Below are positions 49,632 to 60,115 of a DNA stretch of 64,000 nucleotides, in pieces (the first letter of the stretch is position 1; every line of letters begins with the position of its first letter). The notes beneath the pieces are model-generated. The model made no database searches, was not told the DNA's origin, and was given only the letters and a program-made list of their open reading frames with translations. Position numbers and translations under genes: made by a program. Source of the DNA: Pedobacter sp. (lineage in GTDB: Bacteria > Desulfobacterota > Desulfuromonadia > Desulfuromonadales > Syntrophotaleaceae); NCBI GenBank assembly GCA_050253415.1, contig JBFWJC010000006.1, forward strand, positions 64,001 to 128,000, written 5' to 3'.

Positions 49632-50121
49632 GATTATCTCCTCTCCCCGCAGGCTGGTTGAATCCTGTCTCCCATAATCCTCAGCGACTTGCTCATGTTT
49701 TAAATATATTTATCCTAGCCTATTTGTCAACAAAAAATTAAACATATAAATTTTCCCACATGGTTGGTCTATTTCATGCTATTTCAACATCTTACACACC
49801 AAAGAACGACCAACCCCCTTCTATTCCAGGGATTAAAACGTAATTCAAAACCAAATTTGTCGTATTTTTAGTTGATTTATTTTGTCGTATTTGATATTCG
49901 TTTGCACACAGTTTTTATATGGTTTGTTTTTCGTTACCTCGGGATTTTGCGGATGCGGGTTTATTATACCAGATGCTCCCTTCTGAGTCCCGATAGCTCG
50001 CGCTAAATTGGAAGCACCACTTAACAGGCCGGATTTATAACCAACCGGTCACCGTGGGTTTGAACCCCTGAGGGACGATATTCACGGCTAAGTTATCGGG
50101 GAATCCCGGAAAGGTACGATC

Positions 50122-51168
50122 ATGACTCGAGAAGAAATCCTGTACTGGCTCAAAAATGAAGACGAACAATCCCTGGTAGAACTATGGGACAAAGCCAATG
50201 CTGTCCGTCATTCTCATGTCGGTGACGAGGTTCATCTGCGAGGATTGCTGGAATTCTCCAACCACTGCTCCCGCGATTGTCACTACTGCGGGTTACGCGC
50301 CGCCAACACTAAAGTAAGTCGCTACCGGATGCCGGAAGAGGAAATTATGGCGTGCGTCAAAGAAGGACTTGCTTATGGATATGGAACGGTTGTCCTTCAA
50401 TCGGGAGAAGACTGTGGGTTGGACGTAGACTGGATGACACAGCTTATCAAGCGCATCAAAAGCGAAACCCCGCTTGCCGTAACTCTGAGCCTTGGAGAAC
50501 GCAGCGAAAAGGAACTTGCCACCTGGCGCGAAGCCGGAGCCGATCGTTATCTACTGCGATTTGAAACATCCAACCCCGAACTCTTTCGCCGCATCCATCC
50601 ACCTCGCCACGGCCAGGATGCAGATCGTCTCAAGATGCTTAAAATGATCAAGCAGTTGGGCTATGAAACCGGCAGCGGCGTCATGATCGGCATACCGGGA
50701 CAAACCTACGATGACCTGGCGCAGGATATTGAAACCTTTCGCGACCTCGATCTCGACATGATAGGCGTCGGCCCATTTATCCCGCACCAGGAGACTCTTT
50801 TGGGTCAACAGGCCAAAACGCCAAGTATTCTTTCTGAGGCGCAGGTACCCAACACTGAACTTATGACCTATAAGGTCATTGCTTTGACCCGACTGGTCCG
50901 GCCCTTGGCCAACATACCGGCCACTTCGGCGCTTGCAACACTCAATACCCCCACTGGTCGCGAGCTTGCACTATCGCGGGGGGCCAACATAGTGATGCCG
51001 AACCTGACACCGAAAAAATACCGAGCCTTGTATGAGATCTACCCTGCCAAGGCATGTATCGATGAAACCGCGGCAGACTGCCGTGCCTGCATGCATGGAC
51101 GGATCAGGTCCATAGGCCGCCAGGTAGGAAAAGGTCGTGGAGACGCACGCAGTTTTGGCCCGGTATAA
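50122..51168 (+). CDS. hydE: [FeFe]-hydrogenase H-cluster radical SAM maturase HydE
   Basis: V.LRGL.EFSN.C..DCHYC, VLQSGED, YLLRFET, GANIVMPN, YEIYP.K.C. Confidence 0.92.
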   Translation: MTREEILYWLKNEDEQSLVELWDKANAVRHSHVGDEVHLRGLLEFSNHCSRDCHYCGLRAANTKVSRYRMPEEEIMACVKEGLAYGYGTVVLQSGEDCGLDVDWMTQLIKRIKSETPLAVTLSLGERSEKELATWREAGADRYLLRFETSNPELFRRIHPPRHGQDADRLKMLKMIKQLGYETGSGVMIGIPGQTYDDLAQDIETFRDLDLDMIGVGPFIPHQETLLGQQAKTPSILSEAQVPNTELMTYKVIALTRLVRPLANIPATSALATLNTPTGRELALSRGANIVMPNLTPKKYRALYEIYPAKACIDETAADCRACMHGRIRSIGRQVGKGRGDARSFGPV

Positions 51169-51240
51169 AAAGCTATGAAGTGAAAAACCACCCATGCGAG
51201 CAATCGGTTTGCTAACAGTTTCGGCTGATCCATAAACAGC

Positions 51241-51274
51241 AAGAGCCTCCCTTAACAACAAGGGAGGCTCTTTT
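51241..51274. terminator. Intrinsic terminator between hydE and the ATPase
   Basis: AAGAGCCTCCCTT / AAGGGAGGCTCTT then TT. Confidence 0.8.
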
Positions 51275-51345
51275 CCGTACAAGCATAACTGCACCCAGAG
51301 TTTGCGTTTGTCATTGCCCCAGGATTACATGATTTCTGCGGTTAT

Positions 51346-54000
51346 TTACCGGCGGCGCAGGAAAAACTTCTCCAGTTCCACCGCGATAAAGACCATCGAG
51401 GACATGACAAATGTCACACCAAGTTCAGCGAGGGTCAGAGGTTCAGTTTTGAATATCGGATTGAGCAGAGGCACATAGATCGTCAACATCTGGAGTACAA
51501 GAGTCAGCAAAAACGCTCCGACCAATGGCATGTTCGTAAAAAACCCCTGCGAGAAGAGCGACTCACGCTCGGAGCGGATAGCAAGCACATGCCCCATCTG
51601 GCTCAAACAAAGTACCGTGAACACCATGGTCTGCCAATGGGCGAAGCCGGTGTGGATTGAAAAGGCCTGGGTAATGATGCATGCCGCCCCCATGAGCAAC
51701 CCGACCCAGACAATGTGCGTGCCGAGTCCCTGTGCAAATATACTCTCTTTTGGGTGGCGCGGTGGCCGGTCCATGATCCCCTTCTCTCCCGGCTCTGCGG
51801 TGAGCGCAAGACCGGGCAGCCCATCGGTAACCAGGTTGATCCAGAGAATGTGTATAGGGAGCAGCGGGATCGGCAGGCCGAAAAACGGCGCGAGAAAGAT
51901 CGTCCAGATTTCGCCAGAGTTGCTGGTCAACGTGTACTTGATGAACTTGCGTATGTTGTCAAAGATCCGCCGGCCCTCCTTGACCGCTTTGACGATAGTC
52001 GCAAAATTATCGTCGAGCAGAATCATATGGGACGCCTCCTTTGAGACGTCCGTGCCGGTGATGCCCATAGCGACGCCGATGTCGGCACGCTTAAGAGCCG
52101 GCGCATCGTTAACACCGTCTCCGGTCATCGCCACAAACTGTCCACGGTCCTGCAACGCTTTGATAATTTTCAGTTTCTGTTCCGGGGCAACCCGCGCATA
52201 GACACGAATCTTCTCAACCATCTGCTCGAACTGGTTCAGGGGTATGTGTTCGAGCTCCCGGCCATTGATCACCAGTTCATCGCTGTGACCTTCGCCGAGA
52301 ATACCGATTCGCCGTGCAATCGACCGTGCGGTCAGAGGATGGTCGCCTGTGATCATCACCGGAATGATTCCGGCCTGCCGGCACAGCTCAACGGCTCCCC
52401 TGGCCTCCGGTCTCGGCGGATCCATCAGGCCTACGATCCCCAGCAGCGTCAGACCCGTTTCGACATCGTCAGCCGCAGGATCGTCCGGGAGGCGGTCCCA
52501 TACCCGCATGCCGAATCCAAGCGCGCGCAAACCGTCTCCGGCGATCCGGTCAGCCACCACCGAAATCTCCGCGGGCACAAGATCCTCTTCACTTTGCGAC
52601 GCGAGGACCCGGGTGGCCCGTTCAAGCACCACCTCCACGGCGCCCTTGGTAAAAGAAACTACTTTTCCGCCCTCCCAAGCATGGAAAGTTGTCATCAGTT
52701 TCCGTTCCGCATCGAAGGGCAGCTCCGCAAGCCGCGGATGCTTCTCCTGCAGAGCCATCTTGGCGAAACCACTCTCCGCGCCGAGGGTAAAAAGCGCCGT
52801 CTCCGTCGGATCGCCGATGACCGCACCGGCGGCGTCCTGCTTTGCGTCGTTGGAGAGAAACGCTGCGACAAGAAGCGTAGACAGCGGTCGACCGACAGCG
52901 GTGCCCGACAGTTCCTCCCCCACGGCTCTGCACAACTCCTTTTGGGGAATAAGGCGCCCGTCAGCGTACACCGCCTCTGCGACCATCCGGTTCATCGTCA
53001 GGGTGCCCGTCTTGTCCGAACAGATGTAGGTCACCGAGCCAAGTGTCTCGACAGCGGGGAGATTGCGCATGAGGGCTTTCTGCCGGACCATCTTCTTCGC
53101 GCCGATGGCCAGGGCTATGGTAATGACCGCCGGCAGCGCCTCCGGTATCGCTGCGACAGCCAGAGATATGGCCGTCAGCATCATGAGCACAGGCGACTCA
53201 CCGCGCAGAATCCCGACGATAAAAACGATGGCACAAATGGCCAGCACGGCCAGGGCAAGCTTCTTTCCAAAAGCGACCATCCGCTTCTGCAACGGGGTCT
53301 TGCCCTCCGTCTCATCCTGCAGCATCGCCGCGATGACGCCGAGTTCGGTCTGCATCCCTGTGGCGATGACAACCCCCTCCCCGCGCCCGTAGGATATAAT
53401 TGTCCCCTTATAGGCCAAATTTGACCGATCGCCGATCGACAACCCCCGATCCACAAGGGCTTCCGTCTGCTTTTCCGACGGTATGGACTCACCGGTCAGC
53501 GCGGCCTCCTCAACCTTGAGCTTCGCGACCTCGATCAGCCGCAAATCGGCCGGCACGATATTCCCCGCTTCAAGTTGTACGATGTCACCCGGCACGAGGT
53601 CGGCCGCGGGGATCGCCGCAGGGATACCGTCCCTGATCACCGTAGCAAGGGATGCGGCCATCTTCTTGAGGGCCGCCATCGCCTTCTCGGCTCGGTACTC
53701 CTGGCTGAACCCAAGGACCGCGTTGAGCACCACGATCACGATGATGGCAATGGTGTCCGCTGCCTCACCGAGAATACCGGCGAGTACAGCGGCAGCGATC
53801 AGAACAATGATCATGAAATCTTTGAACTGAGCGAAGAACATACCCGGCAGAGTGCGCCTACGCCTCTCGACCAATTCGTTCGCTCCGTACTCAATCAGAC
53901 GACGGGTTGCCTCCGCAGAGTCGAGTCCGGCACGGCTGCTTCCGAGCGCATCAAGCGCATCGGAAGTACTCAGTGAGTGCCAAGGATCACGTGCCTTCAT
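51346..54000 (-). CDS. Cation-transporting P2A-type ATPase (Ca2+/Mn2+ export)
   Basis: TGES, AIPEALP, DKTGTLT, KGA, TGDGVNDAP, WINLVTDGLP. Confidence 0.93.
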   Translation of the reverse strand: MKARDPWHSLSTSDALDALGSSRAGLDSAEATRRLIEYGANELVERRRRTLPGMFFAQFKDFMIIVLIAAAVLAGILGEAADTIAIIVIVVLNAVLGFSQEYRAEKAMAALKKMAASLATVIRDGIPAAIPAADLVPGDIVQLEAGNIVPADLRLIEVAKLKVEEAALTGESIPSEKQTEALVDRGLSIGDRSNLAYKGTIISYGRGEGVVIATGMQTELGVIAAMLQDETEGKTPLQKRMVAFGKKLALAVLAICAIVFIVGILRGESPVLMMLTAISLAVAAIPEALPAVITIALAIGAKKMVRQKALMRNLPAVETLGSVTYICSDKTGTLTMNRMVAEAVYADGRLIPQKELCRAVGEELSGTAVGRPLSTLLVAAFLSNDAKQDAAGAVIGDPTETALFTLGAESGFAKMALQEKHPRLAELPFDAERKLMTTFHAWEGGKVVSFTKGAVEVVLERATRVLASQSEEDLVPAEISVVADRIAGDGLRALGFGMRVWDRLPDDPAADDVETGLTLLGIVGLMDPPRPEARGAVELCRQAGIIPVMITGDHPLTARSIARRIGILGEGHSDELVINGRELEHIPLNQFEQMVEKIRVYARVAPEQKLKIIKALQDRGQFVAMTGDGVNDAPALKRADIGVAMGITGTDVSKEASHMILLDDNFATIVKAVKEGRRIFDNIRKFIKYTLTSNSGEIWTIFLAPFFGLPIPLLPIHILWINLVTDGLPGLALTAEPGEKGIMDRPPRHPKESIFAQGLGTHIVWVGLLMGAACIITQAFSIHTGFAHWQTMVFTVLCLSQMGHVLAIRSERESLFSQGFFTNMPLVGAFLLTLVLQMLTIYVPLLNPIFKTEPLTLAELGVTFVMSSMVFIAVELEKFFLRRR

Positions 54001-54311
54001 ATCTCATCCCTCCTTGTGGTTGTGTAAGGGACCAGCTCACCCGCGGTTTCCAGGAAACAAGAACGTTGATTGTTGCCAACATGGCGTTAATTGCGCCAGC
54101 ATTTCAATACAGGCCCAAATCTAAAACACATTTACGTTAAAAAACCGGTGCGTGTATCCCCGAGCTTATCGTCGCTCAATGATTGTGGATCAATTGGAGT
54201 TCTCGCCTCTTGAACCTGCCGCTACGGAAAACGAACGTCCGGACTTACTTCACCTCCTATATATTACAAAAACACTCTGTTTATGCGCGTAGAGTGTGCC
54301 ACTTTCTTCCC

Positions 54312-55331
54312 TTATCGTTTGATTGCCGGGTCGTTTTCTTCTGTTTTTGCAGGGCTACCCGGTACCCAACCGTGAACGGCTGTGGCAGTGGCGATATCTT
54401 TCGGAAGCCGCCGCGTCTTAATCATCGATATCAGCATCGAACAGCCAATAAGCAAAGCGGTAATCAGCAAGGCCAACTCGGTAGGGATAACATTCCCGAA
54501 AGCAGCATTGATAAGCATCTTCGCGCCGACCACCATAAGTACCAGCGACAAGCCATATTTGAGATAGTGGAACCTGTGAATAATGCCGGTCAGGGCGAAA
54601 TAGAGCGCACGCAAACCGAGAATGGCGAAAACGTTGGAGGTATAGACGATGAAAGAATTGGTGGTTATGGCGAAGATGGCCGGAATGGAATCCAGAGCGA
54701 AGACCAAATCGGAAATTTCGACCAAAATCAACACCACCATCAGGGGCGTAAGATAAAGCAAGCCGTTGCGGCGGGTAAAAAACCTGTTTCCTTCAAAACC
54801 TTCGGTAACCCGAAAATAGCGCCGGATAAGGAGGACCAGGCTGCTTCCCTCCATGTTTGGCTGTTTGTTAATGGTCGCCAGCATCTTGCCCCCGGTGAAG
54901 ACCAGGAAAGCGCCGAAGAGGTAGATAACCCAATGGAAATTTGCAATAATCGACGCCCCGACGAGGATCAGTGCGGCTCGCATGGCCAAGGCACCTATAA
55001 TGCCCCAGAACAGCACCCGGTGCTGATATTTCGCGGGAACGGAAAAATGGCTGAAGATCAGAACGAAGACAAAGATGTTGTCCACGCTCAGGCTCTTCTC
55101 CAGCAGGTATCCTGTAAAAAACTCAACCCCTGAACTTCGACCGAGAAAATGCATGATTCCGGCGCCAAACAGCAAAGCCATCAAAAAGTAGCCGAAGCTG
55201 AGCAGGAGGGCTTCCCTGACTCCGATCTCCTTGCCCTTGCGGTGGAGGAGACCGAGATCAAGCGCCAGTAATAGCAAAACAAAAAGGTTGAAACCTATCC
55301 ACATCCAGAGAGAATTCACAACCATCTCCAT
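54312..55331 (-). CDS. TerC family (Alx-like) membrane protein
   Basis: EKSLSVDNIFVF, DLVFALDSIPAI, SNVFAILGLRALYF. Confidence 0.94.
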   Translation of the reverse strand: MEMVVNSLWMWIGFNLFVLLLLALDLGLLHRKGKEIGVREALLLSFGYFLMALLFGAGIMHFLGRSSGVEFFTGYLLEKSLSVDNIFVFVLIFSHFSVPAKYQHRVLFWGIIGALAMRAALILVGASIIANFHWVIYLFGAFLVFTGGKMLATINKQPNMEGSSLVLLIRRYFRVTEGFEGNRFFTRRNGLLYLTPLMVVLILVEISDLVFALDSIPAIFAITTNSFIVYTSNVFAILGLRALYFALTGIIHRFHYLKYGLSLVLMVVGAKMLINAAFGNVIPTELALLITALLIGCSMLISMIKTRRLPKDIATATAVHGWVPGSPAKTEENDPAIKR

Positions 55332-55406
55332 TCCTGAAGGTTATTTCAAGTCATCATTTATCTGTGATATGACGATCTGAGATTTTGCATCGTAACGATG
55401 CGTACC

Positions 55407-56249
55407 TCAGAACATCATTGCCTCCAGCCTGGCGATCCGTTCTTCCATCGGCGGATGCGTAGAGAAGAGTTTGAGCAGCGACGAACCGGCAAGGGGGTTG
55501 ACGATGAAAAGGTGCGAAGTGGCAGGGGTCGCCTCCTGCATCGGCAGCATCGTTGAAGCTTGCTGAAGCTTGCGCAGAGCATTGGCCAAAGCCAGCGGCT
55601 TGCCACAGATCCTCGCCCCGGTGGCATCGGCCAGGTATTCGCGGGAACGGGAGATGGACATCTGGATCAGCATTGCCGCCATGGGTGCGATGATCGCAAT
55701 CGCCAGACTACCCAAAAGACCGCCCTCTTCTTCCTCGCTGCGGCCGGAACCGAATATCGCGGCCCACTGCAGCATGTTTCCAAGCATGGAGATGGCGCCG
55801 GCAAAGGTTGCGGCAATGGCGGAAATCAAAGTGTCGCGATTTTGCACATGCGCCAGTTCATGGGCCATGACGCCTTCAAGTTCATCGACGGAAAGGAGGC
55901 GCATGATCCCCTCGGTTGCAGCCACGGCTGCATGCTGCGGATTGCGCCCCGTGGCAAAAGCGTTCGGACCCTCAGAAGGGATGATATATACCTTGGGCAT
56001 CGGCATGCTAGCCTGCTGGGATAGGCGCCGAACCATTCTGTAAAGAGTGGGATTATCAAGTTCCGAGACTTCCCGGGCCTTGTACATTTTGAGGATGATC
56101 TTGTCCGAATACCAGTAGGAGAAGAAGTTCATTACGCATGCCAAGACAAAGGCAATGAACATGCCGGATTGGCCGCCGATGGCGCTCCCCATGGTAACAA
56201 GAAGAAGGGTAAGACAGGTAAGAAGGAAGAAGAGCTTGACCCGATTCAT
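55407..56249 (-). CDS. htpX: Zinc metalloprotease HtpX
   Basis: [25 protein letters not shown]. Confidence 0.95.
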   Translation of the reverse strand: MNRVKLFFLLTCLTLLLVTMGSAIGGQSGMFIAFVLACVMNFFSYWYSDKIILKMYKAREVSELDNPTLYRMVRRLSQQASMPMPKVYIIPSEGPNAFATGRNPQHAAVAATEGIMRLLSVDELEGVMAHELAHVQNRDTLISAIAATFAGAISMLGNMLQWAAIFGSGRSEEEEGGLLGSLAIAIIAPMAAMLIQMSISRSREYLADATGARICGKPLALANALRKLQQASTMLPMQEATPATSHLFIVNPLAGSSLLKLFSTHPPMEERIARLEAMMF

Positions 56250-56285
56250 ACTTTTAACCTCCGCGCAGTTGGTTGCACAGCGGGT

Positions 56286-56339
56286 AAAAGAAAAAGACCT
56301 TTACCCGCTGCATGGTTGAATGCAGTAGATAAAGGTCTT
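56286..56339 (-). terminator. Riboswitch-controlled terminator
   Basis: Aptamer 3' strand AAGACCUUUA can pair with downstream UAAAGGUCUU, followed by UUUCUUUU. Confidence 0.75.
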
Positions 56340-56440
56340 GCAAAGCGCGACATAGTGTCACAGCTCCCGCGTCCGGGTGGCGTTGCCACCGTACTGACGA
56401 ATCGCGGGCCGGATGGTTCCGGATGCTACTCCCCTTTAAA
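56328..56440 (-). ncRNA. yybP-ykoY manganese riboswitch
   Basis: Minus strand UAAAGGGGAGUAGC...UCGUCAGUACGGUGGC..GCCACCCGG...GCAAGACCUUUA matches the family consensus; upstream of terC and P-type ATPase genes. Confidence 0.9.
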
Positions 56441-56738
56441 CGCCGCAAGGCTACTCATTTCACAAGGAGAAGTCAACAATGAAGTCATAGCGACGCAAGG
56501 CGTAAACTAGACTGCCTTACTTAAGGGAGACATCCGGATAGTGATTGGCGGGATTTTGGCCATATTAAATATATTTTCAACATCTTAAGGGAAACCCTTT
56601 CCAACGCGGAAAACGTGGGCTGTTGTTTTGGCACCGGGATACGGAGGGTTTTATACTTGACTTTTTTGGTAGTCTTATGGATCATTGATTCCATAGCAAA
56701 TCCATCAGGCAAAACCTTCTCGGAGGACTAAGGTATTG

Positions 56739-57659
56739 ATGTCACAAGAAAATTTAAAAAAAGAGATCCGTCGCCTGGCCCAGGAGCGCAATGCCCTGAT
56801 ACTGGCACATAATTATCAACGCGACGAAATTCAGGAAATTGCCGATATCGCCGGAGACTCCCTGGCGCTTTCCATGGAAGCGGCACGCACCGACAAGGAT
56901 ATCATCGTGTTTTGCGGCGTTCATTTCATGGCCGAAAGTGCGGCGATCCTGGCTCCGGATAAAACGGTACTGCTGCCGCGGATCGATGCAGGGTGCCCCA
57001 TGGCCGACATGGTGACCGCTGAAGGCTTGCGGGCTTTCAAGCAGCAACATCCGCAAGCAACGGTTGTCACCTATGTCAACAGCACCGCCGCGACCAAGGC
57101 CGAAACCGATATCTGCTGCACCAGTGCCAACGCTTTGCGCGTCGTGCGCTCCTTGCCTGCCGATGAGATCATCTTCGCTCCGGATCGCAACCTTGGGCGC
57201 TATGTGGCATCCCACTGCCCGGAAAAGACCTTCCATTTCTGGCCGGGGTTCTGCCCCACCCACGACAACCTGCGCGCCGATGCCGTTCTGAAGGCCAAAG
57301 CCGAGCACCCCGGTGCGCCATTTGTCGCCCATCCGGAGTGTCTGCCCGAAATCCTTGAATTGGCCGACCATATCTGTTCCACCAGTGGCATGTACGACTA
57401 TGTGCGCACCCATCCGAGCAAAAAGTTCATCATCGGCACGGAAATGGGCATCCTGTACCGTATGCGCAAAGAAAATCCGGATAAGGAATTTATCCTTGCC
57501 AACCCGGACGTACTGATCTGCCCTAATATGAAACTGATTACCCTGGAGGATCTGCTCGAAGCGCTGCAGACTCTCGAGCCTGTCGTCAGCGTCCCTGAAG
57601 AAATCAGGAAACCGGCGAAACTTTCGCTCGATCGCATGCTTGCGGTGCCCAGGGACTAA
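56739..57659 (+). CDS. nadA: Quinolinate synthase
   Basis: [34 protein letters not shown]. Confidence 0.97.
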   Translation: MSQENLKKEIRRLAQERNALILAHNYQRDEIQEIADIAGDSLALSMEAARTDKDIIVFCGVHFMAESAAILAPDKTVLLPRIDAGCPMADMVTAEGLRAFKQQHPQATVVTYVNSTAATKAETDICCTSANALRVVRSLPADEIIFAPDRNLGRYVASHCPEKTFHFWPGFCPTHDNLRADAVLKAKAEHPGAPFVAHPECLPEILELADHICSTSGMYDYVRTHPSKKFIIGTEMGILYRMRKENPDKEFILANPDVLICPNMKLITLEDLLEALQTLEPVVSVPEEIRKPAKLSLDRMLAVPRD

Positions 57660-57717
57660 CTCATCAGAGACCGGGCACCTGGATATTTATCCAGGTGCCC
57701 GACCCTGGAGTCTCATC

Positions 57718-57978
57718 ATGATACCTATCATGTCGGAAACAGATCTCCTGGCGCTGTTTGAGACAGGCCATGAAGTTCTGAAAGCGGAGAAAGTGCTGAA
57801 GCAGGCCAACATTGCCATGCGTTTGCTGCCGGCACCGGCCGGTTTGGCAACCGGCTGTGCTTTGGCGATTCGTTTCGCGGAGGAACAGCGCCTGTCTTTT
57901 GAGGCAGAGCTCACCGCCGCGGGGGTTCCCCCCAAGGTCATCTTTCGCAAGGAACAGGATGCCTGGTCAGTGGCTTGA
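57718..57978 (+). CDS. DUF3343 domain protein
   Basis: F...H.V.KAEK.L......L.P.P.....GC.LA. Confidence 0.8.
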   Translation: MIPIMSETDLLALFETGHEVLKAEKVLKQANIAMRLLPAPAGLATGCALAIRFAEEQRLSFEAELTAAGVPPKVIFRKEQDAWSVA

Positions 57979-57987
57979 GCTTGCCTT

Positions 57988-59142
57988 ATGACGATTTACC
58001 TCGATAACGCCGCAACATCCTTCCCCAAGCCCGAAGCTGTCTATCAGGCCACCGATCAGGCATTGCGCAACCTCGGAGGCAGTCCCGGTCGTGGCAGCCA
58101 CCGCATGGCGCTGGATGCTGGCCGGCAGCTGCTGGATTCCCGCGAATCCGTGGCCGATTTTTTCGGCATACGCGATTCCTCTCGCGTCGTTTTCACCGCC
58201 AATGCCACAGAAGCGATAAATCAGGCGCTTTTCGGCCTTCTCAAACCCGGCGACAGGGTCGTCACCTCGACCATGGAACACAATGCGGTGATACGGCCAC
58301 TGTACGCACTGCAATCCAAGGGCGTACAGGTCGTCAAAGTCCCGCCCGGGCCGGATGGATGTCTGCAACCGGAATCCGTGCGCGACGCGATCTTGGCTGA
58401 CTTGCAGGCAACCCGCATGCTTGTCCTTACGCACGCTTCGAATGTCACCGGCAGTATCCAGCCCATAGAAGACCTTGGTCCCTGGTGCCGGAAGCATGGC
58501 ATTCTGCTGCTGGTCGATGCCGCCCAAACCGCCGGTTTTTTACCCATCGACGTGGAGCAGATGGCCATCGACCTGCTAGCCGCGCCGGGGCACAAACATC
58601 TCATGGGGCCTCCCGGTTGCGGAATACTGTATGTACGGAACGGGTTGCAACCCATCCCGCTGTTTTATGGCGGCAGCGGTGCCGACTCAGCCTCTGCGCT
58701 GCCTCCGGAACAGCTTCCCGAGCGTCTGGAAAGCGGAACCGCCAACCTTCCGGCCCTGGCAGGCCTGCAAGCCGGTATCGCTTTTATCAGAGAAACGGGG
58801 ATGCACAACATACGCCGGCATAAGACCGAACTTTTGGCACACCTGATGGATGGGTTGCGCTCCCTGCCCGACATTCATCTCTACGGCCCTTCCGACCCGA
58901 CAATGCTCGCCGGTGTCCTGTCGTTCAACGTATCTGCTCATGATCCGGCTGACATGGCTTATTGGCTCGACTCGGAACATGCCATTTGCATTCGGGCAGG
59001 GCTGCACTGCGCGCCCGACGCTCATCACACGCTTGGTACATTCCCGCGTGGAACGCTAAGGGTCAGTCCAGGATATTTTTCCCGCCACGAAGACATTCAA
59101 ATCCTGCTAAACGCCATCCGGACGTTGCTGAAGTCGCCATAA
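57988..59142 (+). CDS. Class V PLP aminotransferase / cysteine desulfurase family protein
   Basis: IYLDNAATSFPKP, DAAQTAG, PGHK, RAGLHCAP.AH. Confidence 0.92.
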   Translation: MTIYLDNAATSFPKPEAVYQATDQALRNLGGSPGRGSHRMALDAGRQLLDSRESVADFFGIRDSSRVVFTANATEAINQALFGLLKPGDRVVTSTMEHNAVIRPLYALQSKGVQVVKVPPGPDGCLQPESVRDAILADLQATRMLVLTHASNVTGSIQPIEDLGPWCRKHGILLLVDAAQTAGFLPIDVEQMAIDLLAAPGHKHLMGPPGCGILYVRNGLQPIPLFYGGSGADSASALPPEQLPERLESGTANLPALAGLQAGIAFIRETGMHNIRRHKTELLAHLMDGLRSLPDIHLYGPSDPTMLAGVLSFNVSAHDPADMAYWLDSEHAICIRAGLHCAPDAHHTLGTFPRGTLRVSPGYFSRHEDIQILLNAIRTLLKSP

Positions 59143-59366
59143 TTACAGCTGTTTCAAAAAATTTTTGTCGAATGAAGTCACAATTGTTGACAAAACTTGC
59201 GGGAAATAATCGTTTATGATAATTATGATTGGAATGTTGTAAACATGTATAGAAAATCTCTATGCAACAACCTCCATCATCTACGTATCGAGCTTTATTT
59301 GATGTAAAAGCAGGTTATTTATTTGCTGTTTACAAAATAAATCAACGCCTTATTGTGAGGGAATCC

Positions 59367-59834
59367 GTGAGACTATCAACCAAAAGCCGTTATGGACTTC
59401 GCGCCTTATTCGACATCGCCTACAATGCCGGAAACCAGCCAGCACAGATCAAGGATATTTCCCGTCGTCAGGAGATATCACCGAGGTATCTCGAACAGAT
59501 TTTCCAGAGCTTTAAAAAGGCCGGTATCCTCCGAAGCAAAAAAGGTCCCCAAGGCGGATATTTTCTGACCCGGAAACCTGAGCAGATCACTGTTCGGCAA
59601 ATTATTGAAGCTGCCGAAGGCGATACCCTGCTGGTCGCCTGCGCGTGCGAAGCTCCCAAAGGCAAAGGCCGCTGCACCATGAACGGACAATGCGTCACGC
59701 AAACCGTATGGTCCGAGGCGACGGCGCATCTCAACACCTTTTTTGACGGCATGACCCTTCAAACTCTGTGCGAGCGCGGGCAAGACATGGGGGTCAAACG
59801 CGAAAGCGATCATCGCTTCATGTATTACATCTAG
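59367..59834 (+). CDS. Rrf2 family transcriptional regulator (Cys-containing)
   Basis: GTG start VRLSTKSRYGLRA, YLEQIF, S.KG..GGY.L, several C-terminal Cys. Confidence 0.92.
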   Translation: MRLSTKSRYGLRALFDIAYNAGNQPAQIKDISRRQEISPRYLEQIFQSFKKAGILRSKKGPQGGYFLTRKPEQITVRQIIEAAEGDTLLVACACEAPKGKGRCTMNGQCVTQTVWSEATAHLNTFFDGMTLQTLCERGQDMGVKRESDHRFMYYI

Positions 59835-60115
59835 GATATCTTCGGACTATCCATGAGCCGTCAAAACATGCAACCGACTGGTCCATACCTCAACTCCTTT
59901 TCGGCCCTCAAATCCTATCGGGACCTTCAACCGAGCTATAACAGGTTCTAAAACATCCAATTTTAGCTTCCGTCCGGATAGTCCTCCGACAGGCTTCAAA
60001 AGGGCCCGGAGGCATGGAGTACTTAATTCTCCGGTTGACCCAGGAGGAATTTCGTTTAACCTAATACCAATCCGCAACCGAATTCTGACAGGATATTATC
60101 CTTAAGGCTTACTTC

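Noticed and set aside
59840..60000. 6S RNA, SRP RNA or tmRNA identity for the structured spacer
   Set aside because: No SRP tetraloop helix, no tRNA-like ends, and no continuous 6S-type rod that I could build.
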